A stretch of 64,000 nt of DNA from Geosiphon pyriformis uo1 (lineage: Eukaryota; Fungi; Glomeromycota): positions 248,001 through 312,000 of the forward strand of contig JAAOMT010000525.1 of NCBI GenBank assembly GCA_016748015.1, given 5' to 3'. Every line of letters starts with the position of its first letter. The first letter of the stretch is position 1. Positions 26,785-40,000 of this stretch are shown here, piece after piece. The notes under the pieces were generated by a model. It saw nothing but the letters and a program-made list of their open reading frames with translations. It was not told the DNA's origin and did not search any database. A program made the position numbers and the translations under genes.

Positions 26785-27854
26785 TAAGACTTTTAATAAG
26801 TCAAGTCAAATCAAGTCTTGATTTAGCTTAGACTCAATTTGGAAAATTTTTATTTTTTAGAAATTAAGTTAAGTTTAGTAGTCTATGACTTAACTTGACT
26901 TATTATTGATTACATATAGAGATTTATTAGATTTTTAACCAATGAAAAAATAATTTTCAATTAATAAAAAAACTATAAATTATAATAAATAAAGATAAGT
27001 TTTATGTTTATTATTAGTAAGTATTAAGCATTTAGTTATCTTAAAGTTATGTTTTACTACTAATAACTTTTTTTATTTGTAAAAAATAGTATCAGCCATA
27101 TTGATATTATGGTTATGAGTTCTTAAAATTCAAGTTTTAGGTGGATAAACAGTATTATTATGCAAATAATTCCAATTATTGATTAAAAAAAAAGTATATA
27201 TGAATTTTTATTTAAGAAAAAAAGTTATTTTTATTGTTGTTAAAGTATTTAATAAAGCAAATATTTAAAATACTAATATTTTCTATTTTTATTGTTATTA
27301 TTATTTTTTACAAATAGTATATATGAGTCTTTAATAATAAAAAAATTGAAAAAATTATTTAAAATCATGAAATTATCAAGTAGATTTATTAATGCTTATA
27401 ATTATAAATAATTAAATTTATATTTTTATTAATAAAATTAATTCTTTGCTTTGTTATAACTATAAAAAAAAGATAATACATAATGGCTAAAAAGAGTTAT
27501 TAAATATCAGAAATTGGAAGTTTATCTAAGAAATAAACATATTTTGTTTGCTTATAAAAGTTCCAAATTCATGTTTGCTTTTTTTTAATTGTAATAACTA
27601 TAGTATCTACTTCAATATTACTATCAAACATATTATTTTCAAAAAAAAAATATTATTCTGATTATCTGTTATTTTTCAAGTAAAAAAAGCTAAATTGAGA
27701 TTTAATCTATTTATATATAAAACTTAGTGAATTGAATTAAGTTATAAAATTTTGACTTATATTATTTCAAGTCAAAATATTTATGACTCAAACTTGACTT
27801 TTACAAGTTAAGTACCAAGTCAAAAAGAGTTAACTCGATTTTTTTAGAGTCTTA
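26785..27854 (-). mobile_element. Non-autonomous hAT-like DNA transposon/MITE, copy 2 (inverted)
   Basis: Reverse complement of 24889-25975 along its length, with mostly transition differences. Confidence 0.75.
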
Positions 27855-27968
27855 AGAATAATTTTAACTCAAAAATAAAAATAGCTTTTAATTTTTTGAT
27901 TGTCTAATTGCTAAATGTTTTTATATTGTTAAATATTTCTTTCAATTAATTAATACTATTTTTAATAT

Positions 27969-28670
27969 TGTTACAGTTGAAACTTATACTTCTTATTAAT
28001 TATTACATGTATTAGTTATTGATGTCATTAGCCACTCTATTTTTAGAAAGTGATCATTGACCTAATCATTAACCTGATTATTGACCTGATCATTGACCTA
28101 GTTGTTAACCTAATTATTGACCACTTTTGATAGCTATATAAGCAATGAATCTTTTAGCTATAAAAAAGTATGAAGAAATAAAGAAATGAAAAAATCAAAA
28201 GAAATAAATAAATAAAATAACAACTTTCATCTCAATCATTCTCTTATTGCTAAATTCTTTTTCCCTACTTTCAAGTATCTGAACATCTTAAAGATAAAAA
28301 ATTACTTGTTGGTTATTCTTTATTCTTTTTCTGAAACGTGTAATTGCAGCATTTTGAAGATTATTGAATAAAATGTGACTGAAGAGCATATTTGATACTT
28401 GATATTAAATTCTAAGAGTGCTGATGTAAAGCATAGAATTATACCAAGTGTGATCATTTGTTGACAATACAGACTATCTTTCTACCTTCAGATTCTCCAA
28501 TTATCTTTGAAAAGAATAGTGACTGAGATATTTTATAAGACTAATCTCACACATTGAATCCATACTTATTCAATTTGCTCTTTAAAGTTGAATTTACTTT
28601 GATTTTTTTCATCACTCTACAATCCTGTTCTCCTTTGTTATTCATTAGCTTGTTATTCTAACCCATAACA
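27969..28670 (+). repeat. 5' LTR of Gypsy element 1 (702 bp)
   Basis: TGTTAC..ATAACA, direct repeat of 35047-35816, contains a 12-bp CTGATCATTGAC array. Confidence 0.92.
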
Positions 28671-28676
28671 TAAAAG

Positions 28677-28693
28677 TGGTGCTCCCTGTGAGG
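28677..28693 (+). promoter_or_regulatory. Primer-binding site
   Basis: TGGTGCTCCCTGTGAGG, complementary to a tRNA 3' end ..CCUCAC.GGAGCACCA (Ile-UAU- or Met-like; not resolved). Confidence 0.7.
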
Positions 28694-29254
28694 TTGTCAA
28701 AATCCACTTTGTTTTTTATTGTATAGGTAATTATTCATACCTGCCACAACAATCAGAAGAACACTTTAAAGCACACAACAAAAATGATCTAGATTTTATT
28801 GAATTCAATCTTTTGTCCTTTTGCTTAATTTGCTTTCTCATTGAAAAACAATTCAGCAGACAATTCCAAGACTTTTGGAACTCTTCAGTTTGCACTCATT
28901 TTTTAAGTTTAAAGCTTGTGAAGTAAGGAATAAACCTCAAATGTCTGGTTTCTGAATGAGCATTCAGCTGAAACCTACACAGCTTATACAACCTATTACT
29001 TTAACCAAGCTTTTTTTGAAGACAACTTTGAAGAAAGAAACAACAGTATCAATTAGCTCTTATATTCTGTAATCTTTGAACAACAGCCCTCTGATTTGAA
29101 ATATCTGAATCATCAAATCCACATTTGGATTGCTGCTCATTAATCAACAGAAACTCCTCTTGAAACAGAAGAAGAAAGCTATTAAACTGCTCTTGTTTTT
29201 GATCTTTTTTCAAGTGAATTAAAACACTCTACACAAACTGTTACACCTGAACCA

Positions 29255-32200
29255 ATGGCTCAAGAACCTTTACAACAAAACATTCTGATTGCCCTCCAAG
29301 GTATACAGACTGCTTTAGGACAAAGAAACAACACCCTATTACTATTAATCAGAGATGATGCCCAAGATCCAATCAAATGGCTAGATGATTTTGAGAAAAC
29401 TGCCACAGTAAACCAATATAATAATGAATACAAGTTTTAAATCGTTGGTGGCTACCTCTAAGGCTCTCCTGCTACTTGGTTCTTACAAAAAATTAATGCC
29501 AATGCTCAACAAAAAATTATTAGATAGGCACCAGCAAATGCTAGAAAAGACAACATCTCTTTTACTATTCAGTTTGAAACAAAATTCAGAATTCCAATAT
29601 TAATATCCAAATGGCACATGGAACTGGAAAGAAAAACCCAAAGCCCTAGAGAAGTAGTGACAAAATATGCCAAAGCAATAAGAAAACTTATTAAATGAGT
29701 AGATTCTGGAAGAAATTGGACAGAAGAGCAGAAAATACATTCCTTCACAAAAGAATTGAGAACTGATCTATCATATGCTCTTTGGCCTCTCTTGGCTTTA
29801 AAAAACAACCCAACAATGGACATGGCCATTGAACTTGCCCAATGAATTGAAAACAACCAAAGGATGCATTTGGGATCCATGCTTCTGCTTCTATTATGGC
29901 TCCTGCTCCACAAATGGCTGCGACCTTTTTTGCTGCCCAAACTTAAAACCCAAATGAACATTTAATAGATAGGCTCACAGCAAATCTTGCCTGACTATTA
30001 GAACCTTTGGCCCAAGCAGTTAAAGAAAATCAACAACTCCAAAGACCCAGATTTGAACTTTGCTTCAATCAGCCTCAACAACCACCATATCAAAGACAGC
30101 AAAATTGTGATCCACCTGTGTGCTATTGCTGTGGACTAACTGAACACTTTTTAAGAAACTGCAACAATCCTCTATTGTCCCCTCCAGCTCTTAAAAACAA
30201 TGACAATCAAAACAACAGAACCACCAACAATAATGTTCCCAACCAAAGACCCAATCATGCCAACATCAATTTCTTTAGAGAGGATCCCCTAGTTGAAGCC
30301 ACTGTTTATCAGCCTTTAAACTAGTAGGTGCACTTCCAAAGGGTAAGAGTGCAAGCCAATCAGAAAAAAACTTTTTTTATGCTTTTAACCTAACTGATAA
30401 TGATTATGATATGGATGAACTAGCAATCAACACCTCTGAATCAACCAGAAAGAAGAAGAAAGCCAAGGCTAACTTTATCTTAGACCCAAACAAAACATTC
30501 AAATCATCTGCTAACAACAACAAGCCACCAAAGGTTAAAGTTTTTAAAAATTTTCCAAAGTTAGAACCCCTAAAAATTGTACAAAAATCTGAATTCTATT
30601 TTGTTGTTAAAGATTTCATAAAAACCCCAGCACACATTACATTTGGCCAACTAATGACTCATCCACAGTTTAGAAAAGATCTTCACAAATCATTGATACC
30701 AAAGAAGAAAACACCAAAGACCAATAAATGCCCATGTCAAGCTGGACTTGCTGACAACAGCAATGTTACCCCTCTGATTTGCAAAGCCCAAGTGGCTGGC
30801 TACTTTATTGACTTGATTCTAGACAGTGAATTATCTGTCAGTGTAATTGCCAAACACTTTCTGGAAGCCATTGGAAGAAAAATTGATGAGCCTTCCACAA
30901 GACCAATAACTAATGTACATGGTGACAAGAAGAAAAGTCTGGGCATAGCCAAAGCTATTCCTGTCCACATCAATAGTATCAGCATTGAAACAGATATGGA
31001 AGTATCTGAAGCAAAAAAGTACATCATCATTGTTGGTAATAAATGGTTTAAAAAAGCCAAAGCACTACTTGACTATAAACTTTGTAAGCTAACCATCAGA
31101 TATAGTGAGAAACCCATTGTGGTTAAATGCCGACATTGAACAACTCCTCCAGTACCCAAGCAGAACCAAAAAGAAGAACAATCAGATGAATCAGATAATA
31201 ATGAGAGCAATGATGAAAAAGATCAAAAAGAACCAGAAGAAACTGCTGAACTTGTTTATACCATCTTCACCAGCAATAGCAAGCCACTGGACAATGTTAA
31301 AGCTAACAAAGAAGAAATCATGGTAAATGGCAAACTAATTTGCTGGCCCTACTATGATATCCTCAGAAGAATCTTTGACAAGAAACCTAGCAAGAAAGCA
31401 AAATACAGTTATTGGTGTTATGGCTTTTGTGCACAGTACTAGTGTAATAAACCTTTGTATTCACCAAGTGATGAATGCAAATCCTGCTTAATCTACTACA
31501 AAGATTGGAAACCAATTAGCTTAATACCTTAAGAAGAACTTAAAGAAATACAAAAGTTTTTTGAGAATGAACCACCTAAAATCCAATCACTAGTTGTAGA
31601 ACAAAGAAAACCTTTCCCTAAAGAAAAAAAAGTAAACATTGAAAATCTGTTGCCTAGAAATAGCCTAGTTATCTCAAAAGAAAGTGATGCCCTTGGACGA
31701 ACTTATGTGATACAATACACTATCACCACCAAAGAAACTTACCTTATCCATTTGAAGCCTTATCAATTCAATTGACACAATAATGAGTTTATCAAAAAAG
31801 AGATAAACCGGATAAAAGATCTTGAATTCATATAAGAAACCAAGAGTAAATGGGCTTTTCCAGTTGTAGTGGTATCCAAGAAAGGTGGAACCCTACACTT
31901 CTGTGTTGACTACTACCAATTAAATGCCATTACTATAAGAGACATGTACTCACTTCCCAAAATTGATGCAATGCTAGATAAATTCAATGGTGCTGCTTTC
32001 TTCTCAACCATTGACTTAACTGCTGGATTCGGGCAAGTAGAGATGAATTCAAAAAGCAGAAAGAAAACTGCTTTTATCACCAAGTATGGCATCTATGAAT
32101 TCACAGTCATGTCTTTTGGTCTCACCAATGCTCCTTCCACCTTTCAATGTTTGATAGACAAAGTATTTGAATCAGTAAAAAAAAACTTTGTCTGGTCTAC

Positions 32201-34378
32201 TTAGATGACATAATAGTCTACTCAAAAATCTGGGATGAACATCTTGAACATTAACAGAAGGTTTTTGACCTGCTCAGAAATGCTGGCCTTAAGATTAACC
32301 CAATTAAATCTTTCTTTGGACATCAATTCACCCAGTTTCTTGGTCATTTGATTACAAAAGATGGAATCTTCCCTGATCCAGCTAAAGTTAAAAAAGTTCA
32401 GAACATTAGACAATTAATAAATGTTCTTGAACTATGCTCTTTTCTTGGTTTGGCCTTTTACTATCACAAATTTGTAAAGGATTTCTCCAAAATTGCCTTT
32501 TTTCTCAATCAGCTACTCAAGAAAAATGTCAATTATTACTGGAGCACTTATCAACAAAAAGCTTTTGAAATTCTGAAGGAAAAACTTGTTACTGAACCAA
32601 TTCTCAAGCAACCTAATCTAGACCAACCTTTCATCCTCCACACTAATACATCTGGCTATGGACTTGGTGCTGTTTTTTCACAGAAAGATGAAAATGACAG
32701 AAAACATGCCATAGCATATGCCAGTAGATTCTTTACACCAGCAGAAAAAAACTATTCAGTTACCAAACAGGAATACTTAGCAGTAGTCTGGGCTACTAAT
32801 TACTGGGATCAATATCTTTTTGGTGCAAAATTCTTAGTGATAACAGATTATCAAGCCTTGGTTTGGCTCCACAATAAAAAGAAGCTAGAACACAAATGAA
32901 TAAATTGCTGGATATTCCACTTGGATAAATTCAACTATGATATTCAACACCACAAAGAAGCAAATCATCAAAATGCTAACACTCTTTTTAGACTTACCAT
33001 CCAGTAATAATACAACCTCTTAAACCAAATCAACTTAATTATTAATTCTTTCATAAACAAACATAATAATGGACTTGAACAACTACTCTGCTTTAATGAA
33101 ATTTTTGGGTAAAGGACAATATCCACCAGAATACACCTGATAGCAAAGAGAAAAATTGTGCAAACAATCAAATTTCTATTTAATCTATCAGAACCAATTA
33201 TACAAAAGAAACAAAAAAGATCCTGACTGCCCCCAGAGAGTCATTAGATTTGAAAAAAGAGAATTTGTAATATACAACATGCACATTGACCCATTAGTTG
33301 GACACTTTGGAAAAACAAAAACAATTCAGAAAATTTTAGCTTGCTATTATTGACCTACCTTGGGAAAAGACATTGCTGAATACATTAAAACCTGTGACAT
33401 CTGCCAAAGAAGAGGCAAACCCAATCACAAAAAAGATATCCATCCAATCTCTATTGGTCAACCATTTGACAGAATTGGTATAGATGTTGTTAAATCTTTA
33501 ACAATCACTCCTAATGGCAACAGATATATTATTACAGCTACTGACTATCTTACAAAGTGGGTAGAAGCAAGAGCCACCCCAGATCAAACAGCAGTCTCAA
33601 TAGCCAATTTCATTTATGAAGATATCATCTGCCATTATGGCTGTTCCAAAAAACTTTTATCTGATAGAAGAAGAGCTTTTCTCAATACACTGGTTGAAGA
33701 ACTTTGCAGAAAAATGAGAATACATTATAAAATTTCCTTCCTTTATTACCTTCAAACAAATGGCCTAGTGGAATGTTTCAATAGAACATTATGTGAAACC
33801 CTAGCCAAAACTAATGAAGAAACAAACTTATGGAACAAAGTACTGTCTTCAGCTTTGTTTGCTTATAGAAATGTGAATTATAACATAACAAGTTATGAAC
33901 CTTTTTATCTGCTCTATGGATACATGGCAACACTATCAATAGAAACTGATATTGAAACAATACCCTTTGAAGAGATCACAATAGGGAATTACAAAGCCAT
34001 TTTGTAAAGAAAACTTGGTACCATTCTTGACTTCTTGGTAAAAGCACAAATAATTGCTTTTAAAAAGATAAAACAATTCCAAGAAAAGCTTAAAAAAAAA
34101 ACCTATAAAACACTTTCTTTAAGTGTTGGTGACTTGGTACTAGAATACTGTTCTAACAGAAACAATATTTATGGTGATAAATTTTCTAACTAGTGAAAAG
34201 GACCCTTTATAGTCAACAAAGTCTTGAACAATGGTTTTTATATTCTTCAAGATCAATTCAGAACAATCTTCAATAATTATCTTGTTCATGGTACACGACT
34301 CAAGAAATATCATAAACGACCTAATTGGCTGCCTGTTGTGGTAATACTAACTCAAATAATCAGCAAAAATCAAGTATA
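29255..34378 (+). pseudogene. Disrupted gag-pol of Gypsy element 1
   Basis: ORF fragments 29255-29440, 30007-30324, 30411-31139, 31869-32204, 32348-32899 and 33360-34007 lie in PR-RT-RH-INT order. Confidence 0.9.
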
Positions 34379-34420
34379 AATAAATGCACCATTCCCAAAA
34401 CAGAGGTATCTTCAATCGAC

Positions 34421-35077
34421 ATGAACAATTATTTTCTGGATCAAAACATTCAAAACATCTTCTATACTCTTCATGAGTATTGGATCAAAAACTATCTAAA
34501 TGCTAGTCTGATCATTGGAAAACAAACCACCATAACCAATAATAGTAGAACATATACTATTATTAAACCAAAGAAAACTACTATCAGAAGAGAAAAAATT
34601 GATAGTAAAATAGATAAATATCTGTTGAAAAGTATAACAGCAGTTATACTTCCACCTTCCAACACAATTAAAAAAACACTTCAAGAAATCTTACCCATAG
34701 ACAAAAACTTGTCATATGGAAGGCAATTAAAACTCTATGGTCGCCTTGGTGAAATCATAGAGGATATAAAACTCATGAAGAAAACAACTTCAGAGATACA
34801 GACAGAAATTTTGGGCATTATATGGTTAGATGTCTCAAGAGTTTTAACTATTGCTAGAAGAGCCAAAACTTTAATACAAAGATTTGGTTTCTTGAATACA
34901 AAACTCATTTTGCCTCAAGCATTATATACTTTATCCACAAAAGACTTCAACAAACTAGTTAGTCTTGAGTTAGATAAAACCCTTCCAATAGATTACACCA
35001 TAAATAGCTTGATTTTGCCAGAGCTTAATCTCTTTAGAGAAGATAATGTTATGGTTGAAACTTATATTTCTTATTAA
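34421..35077 (+). CDS. Additional ORF of unknown function between pol and the 3' LTR
   Basis: Uninterrupted frame of ~218 codons from ATG 34421 (open from 34325), running across the PPT into the LTR. No obvious signal peptide or TM segment. Confidence 0.5.
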   Translation: MNNYFLDQNIQNIFYTLHEYWIKNYLNASLIIGKQTTITNNSRTYTIIKPKKTTIRREKIDSKIDKYLLKSITAVILPPSNTIKKTLQEILPIDKNLSYGRQLKLYGRLGEIIEDIKLMKKTTSEIQTEILGIIWLDVSRVLTIARRAKTLIQRFGFLNTKLILPQALYTLSTKDFNKLVSLELDKTLPIDYTINSLILPELNLFREDNVMVETYISY

Positions 35078-35816
35078 TTATCACATGTATTAGCCACTGA
35101 TGTCATTAGCCACTCTATTTTTAGAAAGTAATCATTAATCTAATCAATAACCTGACTATTAATCTGATCATTAATTTAATTATTGACTTGATCAATGATC
35201 TGATCATTAATCTAATTATTGACCTGATCATTGATCTAGTCGTTGACCTGATCATTAACTACTTTTGACAGCTATATAAGCGATGAACCTTTTAGCTATA
35301 GAAAAGTATGAAAAAATAAAAAAATGAAAAAATGAAAAAATCAAAAGAAATAAATAAATAAAATAACAACTTTCATTTCAATCATTCTCTTATTGCTAAA
35401 TTTTCTTTTCCTACTTTCAAGTATCTGAACATCTTAAAGATAAAAAATTACTTGTTGGTTATTTTTTACCCTTTTCCTGAAACATGTAATTGCAGTATTT
35501 TGAAGATTATTGAATAAAATGTAACTAAAGAGCACATCTGATACTTGATATTAAATTCTAAGAGTGCTGACATAAGACATAGAATTATACCAAGTGTGAT
35601 TATTTGTTGACAGTACAGACTATCTTTCTACCTTCAGATTCCCCAGTTACCTTTAAAAAGAATAGTGACTGAGATATTTTATGAAACTGATCTCACATAT
35701 TGAATCCATACTTATTTAATTCACTCTTTGAAGTTGAATTCATTTTGATTCCTTTCATTACCTTACAATTCTGTTCTCCTTTGCTATCCATTAGCTTGTT
35801 ATTCCAACCCATAACA
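35047..35816 (+). repeat. 3' LTR of Gypsy element 1 (770 bp)
   Basis: Longer than the 5' LTR mainly through extra 12-bp units. Confidence 0.92.
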
Positions 35817-37013
35817 ATATCATAAAATATCTTAGTTTTCTTAGTTATTTCTTAATTATTTTACAATTAATCTTAATATTTCTAATATTTCCAAAAATTT
35901 TTTTAATATTTCTAGAATTTTTATTATTATATTATTTTATAATTTTAATATTTTATTAAATATTTAATATTATTATTACTTTTGCTATTTTTTATTAAAA
36001 TAATATTAAAATCTTTAAAATTGTTATTGTTATTATTATGTTTGAATTATTGTTGATGTTGAATTATTTTTAAAAACTTTATTTAATATTAATACATAAC
36101 AATAATTGGTTTTTTGTTATATTAAATAATAAATTTACAAAAATTATAATCTAACAAAATCTTGGGTTTTTTTAACTACTTGTTTTTTATAATTATAATG
36201 TATTTTTGCTTTAAATTTTTTTTATCTTTTTAATACATATTTTATTGATTTATGCAATATAGTTTTGGCAATTTTTAATTCTTTTTTCTTATTATTGTGT
36301 ACATTGGTTATTAATTATATTAAAAGTTTTTTTAACTATTTCTAAAAATAATAAATTATTATATTAACTAAGAAGTAATTATTTAAAATAATGATCATAA
36401 ATATTTAATTACTTAACAAAATAGAGAGATAATATTGTCATTATTAATAAAAACTGCTTGACAAAAATATTTATTGGTTTTTATATTTTTTTAAAAATCA
36501 ATAATTTTTGTAAATTTTTTAAAACCATAAATGTATTATAAGTTAGCCAAATATTAAGTAAGCAAAAGTTTCATAAAATTTTTGACTATTAAAAAAAATC
36601 TGACTTCTGAACTATTTTTAAGAATTTTAACTTAAATAAATTTTTAGATATTTTTGTTTTTAATGCTTTATTTTTGTTATTAAATATTAAAATAAGTGTA
36701 TTAAAATTAAAATCAAAGCTAAATTTTTATTTTTTAAACTTGTATAGCAAAATAATTTGAGATTTATACCTTGTATTTTAGTATTGTTGTTAAATAAATT
36801 AAAATTAAACAAAAGTTTTTTGGACTTGTACTTTTATTCTTGAAAAGTGTATTTATTAATATAAAAATTAATATTTAGTTGCTTTAACTAGAAATTATTT
36901 CCAAAAAAAGTTTATTTAAATCTGGTTGGGTCTTTAATTATTATTATTTTCGAGATTTAAAAAACTTCCTTAAGACTTTTTAAGCAACAATAAAAGCATT
37001 GTAAAATTATTGT

Positions 37014-40000
37014 ATTTTTTTTTTTATTAATAAGTATGACTCAACCACTATTTAACATACAGAAACATAATTAAAAAATCCAACTAAATGTGGCTTATGT
37101 GCCTGTTATATGTGACTAACCACTCTGACCAGTCTAAACTATACTATGTACTTATAAAAACTTTTACATCATTATTAATATCTGAAAAAAAATTACACAA
37201 CTTATGCAAACCAAAACTAATAGCAAAAGACTTAAAATACCAAGCAGCTAAACAGTTCTTCCAGACAAAAAACCTGAATTCTCATTCAAAGGCACATTAA
37301 TCAAGCCAATATCTTTAGTTAGATCAGTCTTTTTTAATCCTACCCTGAATTTAGCCCTGAACAATTACAATTCACTCCAATGTTTTTTAGCCAAATCATG
37401 AATAAAATTAACCATCACTTATAGTGCCTTTTTCTAATTATTGAAAATATTAATTGTTTTGTCCACCCATTTTTTAAAAACAAAACTCTTATACAAAACT
37501 ATATAAACATTAATGTTCAAGATTCCAAAAAAAAGTGAATATAGCATCTTAGAAAACAATATATAGCTATTATTTGTCAGAGATTTCCAGAGTTAAACAT
37601 GATCCAATAAAATATTAGTCTGTGTATTAGAGTTTTTTGGACAAGTAAAAACGTGATTAGGTAGTTCAATATTACCACAAGACAAATATAACACACTCAG
37701 ATATATTTTGTTATAAAGTTTCTTTGTTATCATAGTTAATAGTCTTCTGTAAACAGTCTTTATTATATAAGTATAAAGAATGGCAAAAGCTCTGCTTATA
37801 AACTCAGTCAGCATGTGTAAATTTGGATGTCAAACTGCAGCAGTACTAATCCAATCAAAGATTTATTTACTATCTTGGCACTAGGACCAGCTTTCTATTG
37901 AACACAATATATAAACTAATAAACATTTCGAACAAAATGACAAATATTCTTAGAAACAATTTGGCCATTAGCCATTATAAATCTTTTATGAATTTTTACA
38001 AAAAACAACAAACCAGAATATATAGCTTTGCTCATTAGAATATCAGTTTTATCATTGCCCAAAATCCCTGAATGCCCCTTGATCTTTATTAATTTAACAG
38101 AAATGTTTTTAATTCTAATCAAATTAGCAATATAATGTTTCTTTACTCAACACTTATTACAAAAATTTGGACAATTCAGCATGAGTTCTAAAACACATGT
38201 ATTCAATATAACTTGACTATCTAAATGCACAATTACAAAGCAATTAAAAAGAACACACTCTAAAGTTAAAGCTATTACCTGCAATTTAGTTAATATAGAA
38301 AATAACAGCCTATGTACTTCAATACTTATGCCTATCCCAATATCTGAAAAGTAAGTCACTGTTCTACTAGAAATTTTCAACATACTTAAATGTTTCAAAG
38401 AGCTATCTGTATACACACTGAAGCTATCTGTCTATAGTTTATGTAAACTATTATAAATATTTAGAAAGGCATTTGAATATAATAGATCTGAATAATCCAA
38501 ATTAAAGACTGACACAACAAAAACAATTGAAAGTTTGTCTATATAAAATAAAGCTTTTTTAAATCACAAAAAAGCTAGGCCCCTAGAATCTAATATCTTT
38601 TAGTGATAAAAAGTTTTTCACTTTATTAAAACTTCATATCTATTTAGTAATCTATTACCAAAAGTAATACTAAAATGCTTCAAAAAGCAAACCACACTGA
38701 AATAAAAATAATTTCCTAAAATTTCAGACATAGAAAAGTGGCCAGAACCATAGAATATACTAAAAAAATTATTAATTAAAAAGATTCTGTTGTCCAAAAG
38801 CACTCTTACTGTATTTATGAAAAAATTATTTGAAGAATTGACTATCAATCTGACAAGATGCTGTAGAGAGTTCACAAAAGTCTATTCTAAAATCTGCAAA
38901 TCCAAAAAACAATGCTTAAACAACTGTTTTAAAATTCCAGGTAAGTTAGCAAATACCATTAATATAGCAATCTTACTTTCAGCTTAAGCTGTACAAATGT
39001 TTTTAAACTGTAAATAGATAGATAATACAGAATTTTGTTGAGGAAATTTTTGAGCAAACTGACTTTTAATCTTAGCTTTTTTCTCATAATAACATCTTAT
39101 TTTTGACATATCACTTTAAAAACAAAGCTGAATTGTGTATAATAGCTAACAATAGGCTACAAAACAGCCAAGATCAGATATGAAAATTGTTTATCAGATA
39201 CAGTCTTCCTAAGAACCAAATTTGAGAAAAACTTAACATCAAACTGTGCTTTGACAAAACTAGATTTGGACATGTTTTCCATAAAAAGATAGATCTCCAA
39301 GTATAATGATGTTTACTGTACTTGGCTATTAAAATAGGCTGTTCACAAATATGCAAGGAAGCATTACTGATTCTCTGATTAATAAGAATGGCTACCATTT
39401 TATTATTGTTAATAAAAATATTATTTATCCTAAAAAACTTATTAACAATATCCAAAATATGCTGTATTAAAGTCTAACCATTTTTTATCCAAATTGTGTT
39501 GTCAACAAAAGCACCTGTTATGAAAAAAAAAGATCTGCCTTCACTAGATTTTAATCTGCCTGTCCTTGCCATAAAGTTCATATTAACTTTATAACTACAT
39601 AAATATTCTTTTCTTTTGACCTTACACAACAAAAAATTATAAAAAATTCTCCAAAAGAGCAGTGAAAACATCTTGCTCTAATCAAGCCTATCCAATACTC
39701 TGTAACCATTAGAGAAACCAAAATCAGTTATTACTTTGTTGACTCTGTCTTTATATATGTATTCAAAAAACTTTATGAATCTGTTACACATTTTAGTATA
39801 CTTTAAACTAGTCTCTAGATAATATTATCTTATTAAATTGTATGCTTTTCACATATTTTAAAGGACAAACCAGATTTTATGGCCTTTTTTCAAAGTATCT
39901 TTTATTATTGAGCCAACAGCAAACACAGAAAACTGAGTTGAAGTACCCTTTAGAACAAAAAAATTGTTACTATTGAGGACATTATATTTTGAACAAAAAG

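Larger units (their letters stand above)
27969..35816 (+). mobile_element. Full-length Ty3/Gypsy LTR retrotransposon, inactivated by stops and frameshifts
   Basis: TG..CA LTRs at 27969-28670 and 35047-35816, 4-bp TSD ATAT, PBS TGGTGCTCCCTGTGAGG and an eroded PPT. Domains: gag with knuckle CYCCGLTEHFLRNC, protease (LILDS), RT (YLDD at ~32198), RNase H, integrase (H..GH..CDIC, IGIDVV), GPY/F module. Confidence 0.95.

Noticed and set aside
24889-27854. A single large foldback or long-TIR transposon with 1.1-kb arms
   Set aside because: Each arm has its own TIRs, and the outer flanks do not match each other as a TSD. Two insertions plus an inversion explain all four flanks.
28677-28693. tRNA gene
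   Set aside because: Only a 17-nt complement of a tRNA 3' end adjacent to an LTR, i.e. a PBS; there is no cloverleaf.
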